Part shown: positions 51,193-62,442 of the stretch, piece after piece
Numbering within the stretch: position 1 is the stretch's first letter
Layout of the letters: each line of letters opens with the position of its first letter
Assembly (NCBI GenBank): GCA_034521595.1
Contig: JAXHMG010000003.1
Span: forward strand, 2,848,001 to 2,912,000
DNA length: 64,000 bases
Direction of reading: 5' to 3'
Source: Gemmatimonadota bacterium
GTDB taxonomy: Bacteria > Gemmatimonadota > Gemmatimonadetes > Longimicrobiales > Gaopeijiaceae
The notes under the pieces: generated by a model
Told to the model about the DNA's origin: nothing
Seen by the model: only the letters and a program-made list of their open reading frames with translations
The model's database searches: none
Program-made: the position numbers and the translations under genes

Positions 51193-53128
51193 TCAGAAGG
51201 ACTGTTCCGCCCCGGTGCGCCGCAACAGCACGGCCGACCAAGGAGGGAGTCGCAGCCCGACGCGCTCCCCGTCGGAGGTGACGCGCTCGGGGACGCCATC
51301 GCCCGGGCCCGCCCAGAGCTTCCGCCGGAGGAATCGAGGAGCACCTCCCACGCTCCGGACGGGGGAACCAGCGTCGGCTCCGACCGCTCCGCGGCGAAGT
51401 GGAAGTAGACGAACAGGTCGCCTTCGGGATCGCGGCGGTGTAGGACCAGCAATCCCTGCGCGCTCGCGGATCGGACGTCGAGCGTCTCGCGGCCGGGGTA
51501 GGTCAGGGCCCGCAGGCGTCTCCGGAGCGCGACGAGCCGACGATAGTAGGCGAAGAGGGCGCGGTGCCACCCTTCCGTCCGCTCACCGTGATCGAGCCGC
51601 GACTCGAAGAACGTCTCCGGGTCCTGCGGATCGGGCACGCCCTCCGGCCACTCGAATCCCCCGAACTCGCGTCGCCGCCCCCGGCGGACGGCTCCGATCA
51701 GATCCTCGTCGGAGTGATCGACGAAATAGAGGAACGGTGCGAGCTCACCGTACTCTTCGCCCATGAACAGGAGCGGCGGATAGGGCGAGAGGAGCGTGCA
51801 CGCGGCCGCCAGCTTGAGCTTCTCGAGGCCCACGAGCGCCGACAGCCGGTCGCCCTGAGCCCGGTTGCCCACCTGGTCGTGGTTCTGCGCGCACACCACC
51901 ATCCGATCCGTTCGGACGCCGACAGACGACCTCCCGTGCCGGCGCTCGCGGAAGCTCGAGCGCGTGCCGGAGAGGACGTACCCCTCCCGAAAGGCCTTCT
52001 CCAGGTGGCGCAGGGTCCCGAAGTCACGGTAGTAACCCTGCCGCTCCCCGGTGAGAAGGGCGTGGAGCGCGTGATGGAAGTCGTCGTTCCAGAGCGCGTC
52101 CAGACCGTGGCCCCCTTCTTCCGGATCACGCAGGATCCGTGGATCGTTGCGGTCGTCCTCGGCGATGAGATGGACCGAGCGGCCCTGTCGGTCGGCTTCG
52201 TGCCGCACCGCCCGAGCCAGCTCCTCCAGGAAAGGGAAGGCGCTCGGGTCGACGATCCCGTGGATCGCGTCCAGGCGCAGGGCGTCGATATGGAACTCCG
52301 TGATCCAGATAGAGCGCGTTCTCGATGAAGAAGCGACGCACCTCGTCCGAGCCAGGTCCGTCGAAGTTGATGGCGCGGCCCCACGGAGTCTCGTAGCGAT
52401 CGGTGAAATCAGGGCCCGAAGTCGTCCAGGTAGCAGCCTTCCGGCCCCATGTGGTTGTACACGACGTCCAGGACCACCGCCAGCCCCCGTGCGTGACAGG
52501 CGTCCACCAGCCGCTTCAGCCCGGAAGGCCCGCCGTAGGAGCTCTGCACGGCGTAGGGATAAGCACCGTCATAGCCCCAGTTCCGCGTCCCGGGAAACTG
52601 GGCCACGGGCATGAGCTCCACCGCCGTGATCCCGAGGTGCTCCAGACGGTCCAGGTGGCGGATCACCCCGTCGAACGTGCCCTCCTCGGTGAACGTCCCC
52701 ACGTGGAGCTCGTAGAAGACGTGATCGCGCAGGGGAAGGCCCACCCAATCGTGGTCCGTCCATGCGAAGCCCGGATCGACGAGCTGCGAGGGGCCGTGCA
52801 CTCCCTCGGGCTGGAACCGGGACGCCGGGTCGGGGCGCTCGGTCCCATCACTCAGCCGATACCGATACGACGACCCGGGAGCCACGTCGTCCAAAACGAC
52901 GGTCCAGTACCCATGGCGCTCGGGCTCCATGGGCGCGACCCGGTCGCCCGGCTCGAGGAGATGGACGGCCACCTCCTCGGCATCGGGCGCCCACACACGA
53001 AAGCGCCAGCGCCGCTCCTCCAGGTGGATCGGCCCCACCGAAGCCCGAGCGACCCCGCCGGATGCGTGCACGTCCGCGGGCCCGCTACCCTCGGGACGGA
53101 TCGGGACGGCGCTCCGTTCGTCGCACAT
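51193..53128 (-). CDS. treZ: Malto-oligosyltrehalose trehalohydrolase (GH13), frameshifted
   Basis: [61 protein letters not shown] and QNHDQVGNR. Confidence 0.9.
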
Positions 53129-53185
53129 CGGACATCCGTGTCACGGTTCGGCCCTCCGCGTCTGCTCGGCTATCGATGGAGTCGA

Positions 53186-53767
53186 TCAATCGCCGGACAT
53201 GCCACCCGACGACGGCGGCACGATTCCGTTCAACCGCAGATACGTCACGAGGTTCCCGTAGTGCTCCCACGTGTGCGTCGCATTGAACGTGAGCACCCAG
53301 AGCCGCGTGCCGGTCTGTCCGAAGAGCTCCACCTCTTCCATCGCGCGGGGCCCGCGCAGCTCGCCGTGGACGCGGTCGCAGTACGAAAAGGCTTCCTCCA
53401 GCGCCTGGGTGAGGCCGGCCTTGTCGGTCACCGCCTCGTAGTCCGTCGAGTTGGGAGATTGCTCGCCCACGGCCGCGGAACAGAACGAGTAGGACGCGTT
53501 CGCGATGTGTCCCAACAGCTCACCGAAGGACCGAACCTCTTCGGTCGGACGGTACGTCACGAGGTCCTCGGGCAGGCCCCGTGCCGTCTGCAGCACGTAG
53601 TCCCGGACGGCCTCGTATTGCTGACGAGCGGCGTCCATGGCCGGCGCTCCCCGTTGTCCACCGGGTCCACGACCCATCTGGGCTTCGACCACCGCGGGAG
53701 TGACGAGCAACACGGAAAGCACGGCGAGCAGCAGTCGGCGAGCATGAGCCCAGCGGGCGGGCGGCAT
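53186..53767 (-). CDS. Secreted DinB family protein
   Basis: Signal peptide, YRPTEEVRSFGELLGH and HTWEHYGNLVTYLRLNGIVPPS. Confidence 0.85.
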   Translation of the reverse strand: MPPARWAHARRLLLAVLSVLLVTPAVVEAQMGRGPGGQRGAPAMDAARQQYEAVRDYVLQTARGLPEDLVTYRPTEEVRSFGELLGHIANASYSFCSAAVGEQSPNSTDYEAVTDKAGLTQALEEAFSYCDRVHGELRGPRAMEEVELFGQTGTRLWVLTFNATHTWEHYGNLVTYLRLNGIVPPSSGGMSGD

Positions 53768-54019
53768 CCATCATCGTGTTCTCCTGAGAGCGAGTCGCGG
53801 TCGGGACATATTCTCACGGCCTCGCGAAGGTCGCAATCGCGACGGTTCGAGCCTTCGGGTCCGCGACCCGGGGTGGCAGCGGATCGCTGCAAGACGCGCG
53901 GCGGGACCCTTCGCGAGGCATAAACCAAGGATGGTCGTGAAAACGAGAGTCTTGCAAGATCGGGCGCTACGCCGACATGGTTGACCATACCATTCTCCAC
54001 TCCTGGCCAGGCCCCGCCC

Positions 54020-54598
54020 ATGCCCGAACGGGTCCCCCCACCCGCCGACCGCCCGTCGCCCGACGCTTCCCTCGAGGGCGGCGGATGCGACGTGTCGGAT
54101 CCGGATTTCTCGGCTCGGATCTACGACGAGCTTCGGGCCATCGCGGCACGACACATGGCTCGGGAACGGGCGGGCCATCCTCTTCGCCCCACCGAGCTCG
54201 TGCACGAGGCCTACCTGAAGCTCTCGTCCGATTCGAGCCCGCGATTCGCCAGCCGGAACGATTTTCTCAGGATCGCGAGCCACGCCATGAGGCAGGTACT
54301 CGTCGACGCCGCCCGCCGCCGCGACGCGGTCAAGCGGGGTGGGGACAGGACCGCGGTGACCATGGACGTGAACATGGCCCCGGATGACGATCGGAGCCTC
54401 GACCTGCTCGAGCTTCACGATGCGCTCAGGGTGCTGGGTCGCATGGACTCGCGCCTCGAGCGACTCGTCGAGCTGCGGTTCTTCACGGGGCTGACGCTCG
54501 AAGAGGTGGCCGAGACACTCGGTGTCTCCCGACGCAAGGCCTCGAAGGACTGGGCGGCGGCCCGCCTCTGGCTCCGGCGCGAGCTGGCCCCGGGCTGA
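54020..54598 (+). CDS. ECF sigma factor, kinase-associated (TIGR02999-like)
   Basis: YDELRAIA, PTELVHEAYLKL, MRQVLVDAAR...KRGG, VELRFFTGL and DWAAARLWL. Start uncertain. Confidence 0.88.
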   Translation: MPERVPPPADRPSPDASLEGGGCDVSDPDFSARIYDELRAIAARHMARERAGHPLRPTELVHEAYLKLSSDSSPRFASRNDFLRIASHAMRQVLVDAARRRDAVKRGGDRTAVTMDVNMAPDDDRSLDLLELHDALRVLGRMDSRLERLVELRFFTGLTLEEVAETLGVSRRKASKDWAAARLWLRRELAPG

Positions 54599-54601
54599 AT
54601 C

Positions 54602-57370
54602 GTGGACGACGCGCGCTTCCGCACGCTCATCGACGTTCTCGGCGATGCGCTCGAGCGACCGGAGCCGAGCGGGACGCATGGCTTCGACACCGCTGCGCGG
54701 ACGACGACGAGCTGCTCGAGGAGGTGCGGGCGCTCTTGAAGCTCGCAGGGGACGCTTCGAAGCACGAGATCACACTCGACCTGGAAGCTCGGGTCGGACG
54801 GCCGCCGTACGTCATGGAGTCCGCCCGGAGCCTCCCTCGCGAATCGGCCCGTACGTGGTGGAAGCAGTGCTCGGAGAAGGGGGCATGGGCACGGTGTACG
54901 CCGCACGCCAGGAGGAGCCGCTCGAACGGGACGTCGCCCTCAAGGTCCTGCGAGCCAGTGCCGTGCACCCACAGTCCAGTGCCCGGTTCGAAGCCGAGAT
55001 GCACGTCCTGGCCCGGCTCGACCATCCCTACATCGCTCGGATCTTCGACGCCGGCACGACGGACGAAGGGTTGGCGTACTTCGTCATGGAGCGGATCCGG
55101 GGCGAGCCCGTCACGACGTACTGCGAAGGAAGGGGCCTCTCGAGTCGGGGGCGCCTCGAGCTCTTCGTCAGGGTCCTGCGGGCCGTAGCGCACGCGCACC
55201 AGAAAGCCGTCGTGCACCGCGACCTCAAGCCGTCGAACATCCTCGTGACCGACCTCGACGGGCAGCCGGTCCCGAAGGTGATCGACTTCGGCATCGCCTC
55301 GGTGCTTTCCGACTCCGCCGGCCACGCGGGGCGCGGAGCCGATGGCCGTCTGTTCGGCACGCCGACCTACATGAGCCCCGAGGCCCGGGCCGGACACGAG
55401 ATCGACACGCGGTCGGACCTCTACGCGCTGGGGGTGCTCCTGCACGAGCTGCTCACGGGAGCGGTGCCGTGCGCGCCGGACGTCGACGACGACCGGAGCG
55501 TGGCCGACCTCGGGACGGTTCGCACCGCGCCGAGCCTCCCGACGGACCTCCGGTGCATCCTGGATAAGGCCTTGGCTCCCGATCCGCAGACCCGCTACGC
55601 CTCCGCAGCCCACTTCGCGGACGACATCAGCCGATACCTCACGGAGTATCCCGTGCACGCGCGCGCACCGACGCTCACCTATCGGCTGCACCGGTTCGCC
55701 GCCCGCTATCGACTACGCGTATTGGGTGCCACGGCGGCGGCGATCATGCTGCTCGCCGTGACCTCGATCTTCATGGTGCGCCTCGCTGCCGAGCGAGACC
55801 GTGCACGGATCGAGGCCGAAAAGGCCACCGAAGTCGCGGCATTCCTCCAGGGCCTGTTCCGGATTCCGGATCCGGCCACGCTCGCCCCGGATAGCTTGAC
55901 GGCCAGAGAGCTTCTCGACGATGGCGCGGATCGCCTCATGACGGAGCTCGCCGGTCAACCGGAGGTTCAGGCATCCCTGCTGGGCGTGATCGGAAATACC
56001 TATCGCGGCCTCGGCCTCTGGGGTGAAGCGGAGGACCTGCTGCTGGACGCGGTCGAGCGCGAAAGGGCCCTGAAGGGCGCCGGGCACGTAGATGTCGCCG
56101 CGCTGCTCCACGACCTCGGAGAGGTTCGCACCGACCGCGGCGACCTTCCCGGCGCAGAAAGCGCGCTCCGCGACGCGCTCGAGATCCGCCGGAGCTCGCT
56201 CGGCGCCGAGCATCCGGAAACCGCACACACGATGTCCCAGGTCGGCCTCGTCCTCAGGAATGCGGGAGAGCTGTCCGAAGCGGAGGTTTTCGCGGTGGAA
56301 GCGGTCGAGATTCTCCGGCGAGCCGAGGGGACCGATGTTCGCCCGGTCCTCGCGCTCGCGCTGCACCATCTGGCGTTCCTCCGTCGCACACAGGAGCGTC
56401 TCGAAGAGTCGGAAGCGCTGTACCGTGAAGCGCTCGAGCTCAGGCGGGCACTCTACGATGCGTCACATCCCGACCTCCTCACGACCATGGGCAACCTGGC
56501 GGTGGTGCTGGAGCGCCGAGGACGGTACCAGGAAGCCGAGCGCTTGCTCCGTGAAGCGCTCGAGGCTCGCCGCGCACGACTCGGCGACGACCATCCGAAC
56601 ACGCTCAACGCGTTGAACAACCTGGCCTATACGCTGTGGCGAAACGGCCAATATGCACGAGCGGAAGACCTCTTCCGGGAAGCGATCCCCATCGCCCGGA
56701 GCGTGCACGGCTCGGAGCACACGACCACCGCGATCATGATCAACAACCTCGGTGTCGCGGTTCGACGGGCGGGTGACGCCGAGGCCGCGGAAGCGCTTCA
56801 CCGCGAAGCTCTGGCCATCAACCGGAGACTGCTCGGCGAGGAGCACCCCAGAATCGCGGGCGACCTGGACAACCTGGGTAGGGCGGTCCTCGCCCGTGGA
56901 GACCCCACCCAGGCGCAGGCCCTGCACCGACGAGCGCTCGATATGCGCACGCGGCTGCTCGGCGCCGACCATCCCGACCTCGCCGAGAGCCTCTCCGGCC
57001 TGGCCGCCGTACGTCTGGCCACGGGGGAGCCGGAAGAGGCCGTCAGTCGGCTGCGGAGCGCCCTGGCTCTACGGGCGGCACGGCTTTCGCCGGAAAACCC
57101 CCGCGTGGCCGAAACGACCCACGAGCTCGGTGTGGCCCTGCGGGAAGCCGGGGACCTCGCGGAGGCGGAGGAGCTCTTGCGTCGCGCCCTCGAGGCCCGC
57201 GCCGCCACGCTCGATCCCGGCCATCCCGACCTCGGGGTCACGCGTCGCGAGCTCGCCGTGTTGCTTCGAGAGACCGGTCGCTTCGCCGAAGCCGACAGGC
57301 TGCTGCGGAACGAGCGAGATCACGCGCTGGAGCGCCTGGGCCCGATCATCCCAGCGGCCCGTCGTAGTAC
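54602..57370 (+). CDS. Membrane Ser/Thr protein kinase with C-terminal TPR repeats, frameshifted at both ends
   Basis: LGEGGMGTVY, VALK, HRDLKPSN, DFG and GTPTYMSPE, then one TM helix and many 42-aa LG..HP TPR repeats. End approximate. Confidence 0.88.
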
Positions 57371-57387
57371 CCGGGCCAGTAACGCCC

Positions 57388-60300
57388 CTACTCCACCGTC
57401 ACTGTCGCCTCACCGAACTGCTCACCCGAGGTGGCTCGGATCGTCGTGGTGCCCGATCCCGACAGCGGTGACCAACCCGGTCGTGTCGACGGTCGCAACC
57501 GACTCGTCGAACGACTTCCAGGTGAATTCGGCATCTTCGATCAAATGCCCGTTCGCGTCGTACGCGGAGGCCGTGAGCTGCTGCTCCTCGGGCGCCGGGC
57601 CGACGACTAGTGCGGGACCGGTCTCAGGCTCATCCTCGCTCACAGCCAGCGTGAAGTCGGACGGCTTCACCTTCACCTTGGCTACTTCCTGCTGAACCGT
57701 GACGTCGATCTCGGCCGTGGCGTCGTCGGCCGCCGCGCGGATCGCCGTGGTCCCGTTCCCGATCGCGGTGACCAGCCCGGTGTCGTCCACCGCCGCCACC
57801 GTGGCGTCGCCGCTCGTCCAAACGATGTCCGGCGTGTCGACCGGATGCCCGTTCGCGTCGCGCGCGTCGGCCACGATCTGGACCTGGTCGTCGAAGGAGG
57901 TGAGGGATTGCACGTCTCCAAGCCGCCGACGCACTCCTTCGTGAGGTTGAGCGTGGCCACTCGCTGATCCACGGTCAGGGAAGCGGTGCCGGACACGCCG
58001 TCCGCCGTGGCCGTGACGGTGGTCTCACCGTTTTCCACGGATGTCGCGACTCCGGTATCCGTGTCGATCACGGCTACCGATTCGGCCTCGACGCTCCACG
58101 TGAACGTGACGTCGGAGATTTCGGCACCGTCAGCGTCCCGAGCCACCGCCGTGAACTGCAGAGTCGAGCCGAGCGCGTGCAACGTATCCAGCTCCGGTGA
58201 GACTTCCACGCTGGCGATGACCGGCGCGACAGTCGTGAATGTCACCGCCGCCTGGTCGTCGATCGGCTCACCATTCAGCGTGCCCGTCACCGTCGCGGTC
58301 CCCTCCTCCGCGCTCCGCAGCTCCGCCGTGTACGTCCCGTCCGCGTTGTCCGTCACCGCCGTCAGCTCGCCCAGGTCCGTCGACAGCGTCACCTCGTCCC
58401 CGCCCTCCGTGAGCGGCGTCTCGTCCGCTTCGTAGAGCTGCACCGTGATCGTCGACGCCGCGTCGCCGTCCGCCTCCACCTCGATCGGCTCCGCCGTGAT
58501 CGTCGCGAACGCCGCGGTCGGGCTCGTCGGGTCTCCCGTCGTCGTGAACGTCACCGCCGCCTGGTCGTCGATCGGCTCACCATTCGACGTGCCCGTCACC
58601 GTCGCGGTCCCCTCCTCCGCGCTCCGCAGCTCCGCCGTGTACGTCCCGTCCGCGTTGTCCGTCACCGCCGTCAGCTCGCCCAGGTCCGTCGACAGCGTCA
58701 CCTCGTCCCCGCCCTCCGTGAGCGGCGTCTCGTCCGCTTCGTAGAGCTGCACGGTGATCGTCGATGCCGCGTCGCCGTCCGCCTCCACCTCGGTCGGGTC
58801 CGCCGTGATCGTTGCGAACGCCGCGGTCGGGCTCGTCGGCTCGTCGCTCGTCGTGAATGTCACCGCCGCCTGGTGGTCGATCGGCTCACCATCAGCGTGC
58901 CCGTCACCGTCGCGGTCCCCTCCTCCGCGCTCCGCAGCTCCGCCGTGTACGTCCCGTCCGCGTTGTCCGTCACCGCCGTCAGCTCGCCCAGGTCCGTCGA
59001 CAGCGTCACCTCGTCCCGCCCTCCGTCGAGCGGCGTCTCGTCCGCTTCGTAGAGCTGCACCGTGATCGTCGACGCCGCGTCGCCGTCCGCCTCCACCTCG
59101 ATCGGCTCCGCCGTGATCGTCGCGAACGCCGGCGGTCGGGCCCGTCGGCTCGTCGCTCGTCGTGAACGTCACACTCGCCTGGTCGTCGATCGGCTCACCA
59201 TTCAGCGTGCCCGTCACCGTCGCGGTCCCCTCCTCCGCGCTCCGCAGCTCCGCCGTGTACGTCCCGTCGTCCCGGTCGACCACCTCCGTCAGCTCGCCCA
59301 GGTCCAGTCGACAGCGTCACCTCGTCGCCGCCCTCCGTCAGTGGCGTCTCGTCCGCTTCGTAGAGCTGCACCGTGATCGTCGACGCCGCGTCGCCGTCCG
59401 CCTCCACCTCGATCGGCTCCGCCGTGATCGTCGCGAACGCCGCGGTCGGGCCCGTCGGCTCGTCGCTCGTCGTGAACGTCACGCTCGCCTGGTCGTCGAT
59501 CGGCTCACCGTTCAGCGTGCCCGTCACCGTCGCTTCGCCCTCGTCCGCGCTCCGCAGCTCCGCCGTGTACGTCCCGTCTCCGTTGTCCGTCACCTCCGTC
59601 AACTCGCCCAGGTCCGTCGTCAGCGTCACCTCGTCGCCGCCTTCCGTCAGCGGGTTTCCATCCGCGTCATAGAGCTGCACCGTGATCGTCGACGCCGCGT
59701 CACCGTCCGCTTCCACCTCCGTCGGGTCCGCCTCGATCGTCGCCGTGCCGGGCTCGGCCGAGCCCGGCTCCGCAGTGACCTCGAGCGTGACCGACGCCAT
59801 GCCCGCCGAGGACGCGACGAAGGTATATGGTCCGGCCGACGCTCCCAGCGTCCCCACCGTCTCGGCATGCCCGTCGGGTCCGCTCGCAACGGTCCTCTCT
59901 CGGGTCGAAGCGCCGGACGGCGCCTCGAACGACACGTCCACATCCGCCACACCCTCTCCGTCGGCGCCGACCACGCGGACCTCGAGGGGCACCGACGAGC
60001 GTACGGGCGCGCTCACGCCATCGCCCTCCACGACCACCAACGAGGCGGCCGCCGGCTGGAACGCGACGGCCGTGGAGTCGGACAGGCCGGTCGGGGTCAT
60101 CGCCGAGACGCGAACCGAGCCCCGTTCCTCCGGTGCCGAGAGCAGAGCCGCCGCGGATATGGGAGCGAGCCCGGGATCACTCGACGACCACACGGCGACG
60201 ACGTCCGAGATCGTATTCCCCTCGGCATCCACGCCCGTGACGCGATAGCGGAGCGTATCACTGAACGTGAGGAGCGAGTCGATGGGACTCACGGTGATGG

Positions 60301-60749
60301 ACACCGCTTCGCTGCCCGGTCCGACGAACGCCAGGGAGACATCGTGGACCTCGGCCGCTCTGCCCGGAGCCGTGTCGACGACCTCGGTCTCGAGGCTGCC
60401 CGCGAACATCACGGTGCCGGCGGACCACACCTCCGCGTCGACGCGCACCTCCGCCGGAAGCGCCTCCACACCCAGGATCCACCCCAGCACGGTCTCGGCT
60501 TCGGCGTCGTACGCCATGACGGTGTCGGACAGGACCGTCGCGTCCGCCGCATCGCGAATCGTGACGTGGATCGCGTCGAGGTCGAGGAGCGCGGGATCGA
60601 CGGCACTCTCGAGCAGGGGGGTGATCCGCAGCGGACCGTCCTCCCGGACCCGTCGGATCGGTCGGTCCCCCGTTGCAACCGAGGGCCAGGACGCCGAGAA
60701 GCGTTCCGGTGCAGCGCGCCGCGCGGCGCATCAGAAGCGACGTGTCCAT
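57388..60749 (-). CDS. Large surface lipoprotein with invasin/intimin-like (Big_1) and Big_2 Ig domains, frameshifted
   Basis: Lipobox-like LALGC, repeated ADGDAASTITVQLY...DNADGTYTAEL domains and VATVDTTGLVTAVG Big_2 domains. Reconstructed stop at 57388. Confidence 0.8.
58232..59745. repeat. Five tandem ~309-bp near-identical repeats encoding 103-aa Ig domains
   Basis: The unit start GTCGTGAA(T/C)GTCAC recurs at 58232, 58541, 58850, 59159 and 59469. Confidence 0.92.
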
Positions 60750-62442
60750 CGTAGACTCAATGTGGATTCGCGGAAGCTCCGCTCCGCGGCGGCCACGTTC
60801 TCGTTGTCACTGAGCCGCATACTGAGGATGACCGCATCCTGACCGGTCACCTGATAGCGGGATGAAAGCGAAGCCTGCGATACCGTCGTCTGATGCACGT
60901 GCGAGCGGCCCAGGTTGAGCGAGGACACCCATTTCCCCCGCAGGAGGTTCAGCTGGCCGCCCAGGCCGAAATTGCTCCGAAGGCTCGACGGATCCTCACC
61001 GAACCGAGACTGCACCAAGCCCGCGGTGGGCGTGATCGATACGATGCGCGCGGGCGCCAGAACCACCCTGGCGTTCACCGTGTGCGATGTCGAGGTGCTC
61101 CGGACCCGGGCCGGATTGTCGTCGCCGGTCGTCCGGTAGTTGTAGTCCACGGACACGGTTCGGGCCAGGCTCCGTCGGCCGAAGCTGACGGACTGGCGGG
61201 TCCCGGCCAGCCAGCTTCCGTAGGCGATCCACCGTTCCGGGTCCGAGGCGTCGTTGTGCAACGTCGCCCGCTGAAGCCGGAGGCTCGACGTCCAGTTCGC
61301 CGTGAGGCGGGTGGAGAGCGACGCGCCGAGCCGATCGCGCTCCGTGGTGAATAGCTTCTGATCGGCCAGATTGTCGTGCTGCCGCGACACATCCACACTC
61401 GCCTGCACCCGGCCGCGTCGGAACACGGTCCGCGCCTCGATCTCGCGACGATCGGACAGGAGCGACGCCGTACCGAGCGACACATAGCCCGCCCCGAGAT
61501 TGCGGAAGGTCACCGTCGTCGTCAGGGGCGTCACGGGCGAAACTCACCCTCGAGGGTGTACGCGTAGTCCGCGGAGGAGCTGTTCCGCGGCGTGAACAGC
61601 GCCCGGGCGATGCCGGGGATGCGGTCGAGGATCTCGGGGTTCTCGATCGGGTCCGAGCGCCGATCCCGCGTGTAGCCGCTCGCCGCGAGCTCTCCCGCGA
61701 GCTTCACACGGTCGTCGAGCAAGGCGAGCCCGCCCGCCACGCTCACCACCAGGTTCCGCTGGGGCGTGACGGCGAACTGGTTGTTCCGCCCGACCGACAA
61801 CGTGTCTTCGACGAAGGCCGTGTCGGGCTCGTGGTCTGCGAATGTGGTATCGGTCGGAGGAGGGAGCGAGCCGGGTTGTCCCAGGCGCTCACCACGGCCA
61901 GCCTGAGGGATGAACGGTCCTCGTCGCCGAGCGCCAGTTGCCCGCCGGCCACCGTCCGCGAATAGCTTCCCGACACGGCACCACCGGAGCTGGCGCCGCC
62001 GGGAACGGCCGCCGAAGGCCGAGACCGAGAACGCGCCGCGCTCGACCTCGAGGCTCGCACCGCGGGCCCTGATTCCGTTGTAGGTGAGCGGTGAATAGCT
62101 GCCGCTGAAGTCCCCGACGGTCGCTCGGCCCCACCCCCAGTCAGGCGTGAGGGCGTACCGGTTGATGTCCTGGCGGGCATCGGCGCCGAACCGGTTCCCT
62201 TCGGTCGAGAGGAGGAAGTCGCCCGTCACGCTCACGAGCCCGTAGAGCGAGACGGAGGGGCGGAAGTAGAGGCGCCCGGTCGCCGTGGGCCGCCGCTGCT
62301 CCGCGCCGGAGATGCCGTACAGCTCCGAAAACGTCCCGGCCTCGCCCCCGAAGTCCAGGCCGTCGGTGACGACGTCCTGGGCATGGCCGCCACCGGGAAC
62401 CCACGACATCAGTACGCAGCACAGCACGATACCTCGCATCAT
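60731..62442 (-). CDS. Putative outer-membrane beta-barrel protein, frameshifted
   Basis: Signal peptide, alternating amphipathic beta-strand patterns, and a C-terminal LSLRWTRRF ending in Phe. Confidence 0.6.

Noticed and set aside
57370-57695. C-terminal extension of the kinase ORF to 57695
   Set aside because: This is read-through after a frameshift near 57340, running antisense to the Ig lipoprotein gene.
58232-59745. CRISPR array or diversity-generating retroelement
   Set aside because: The units are 309-bp coding repeats without unique spacers, and there is no cas or reverse transcriptase gene in the window.
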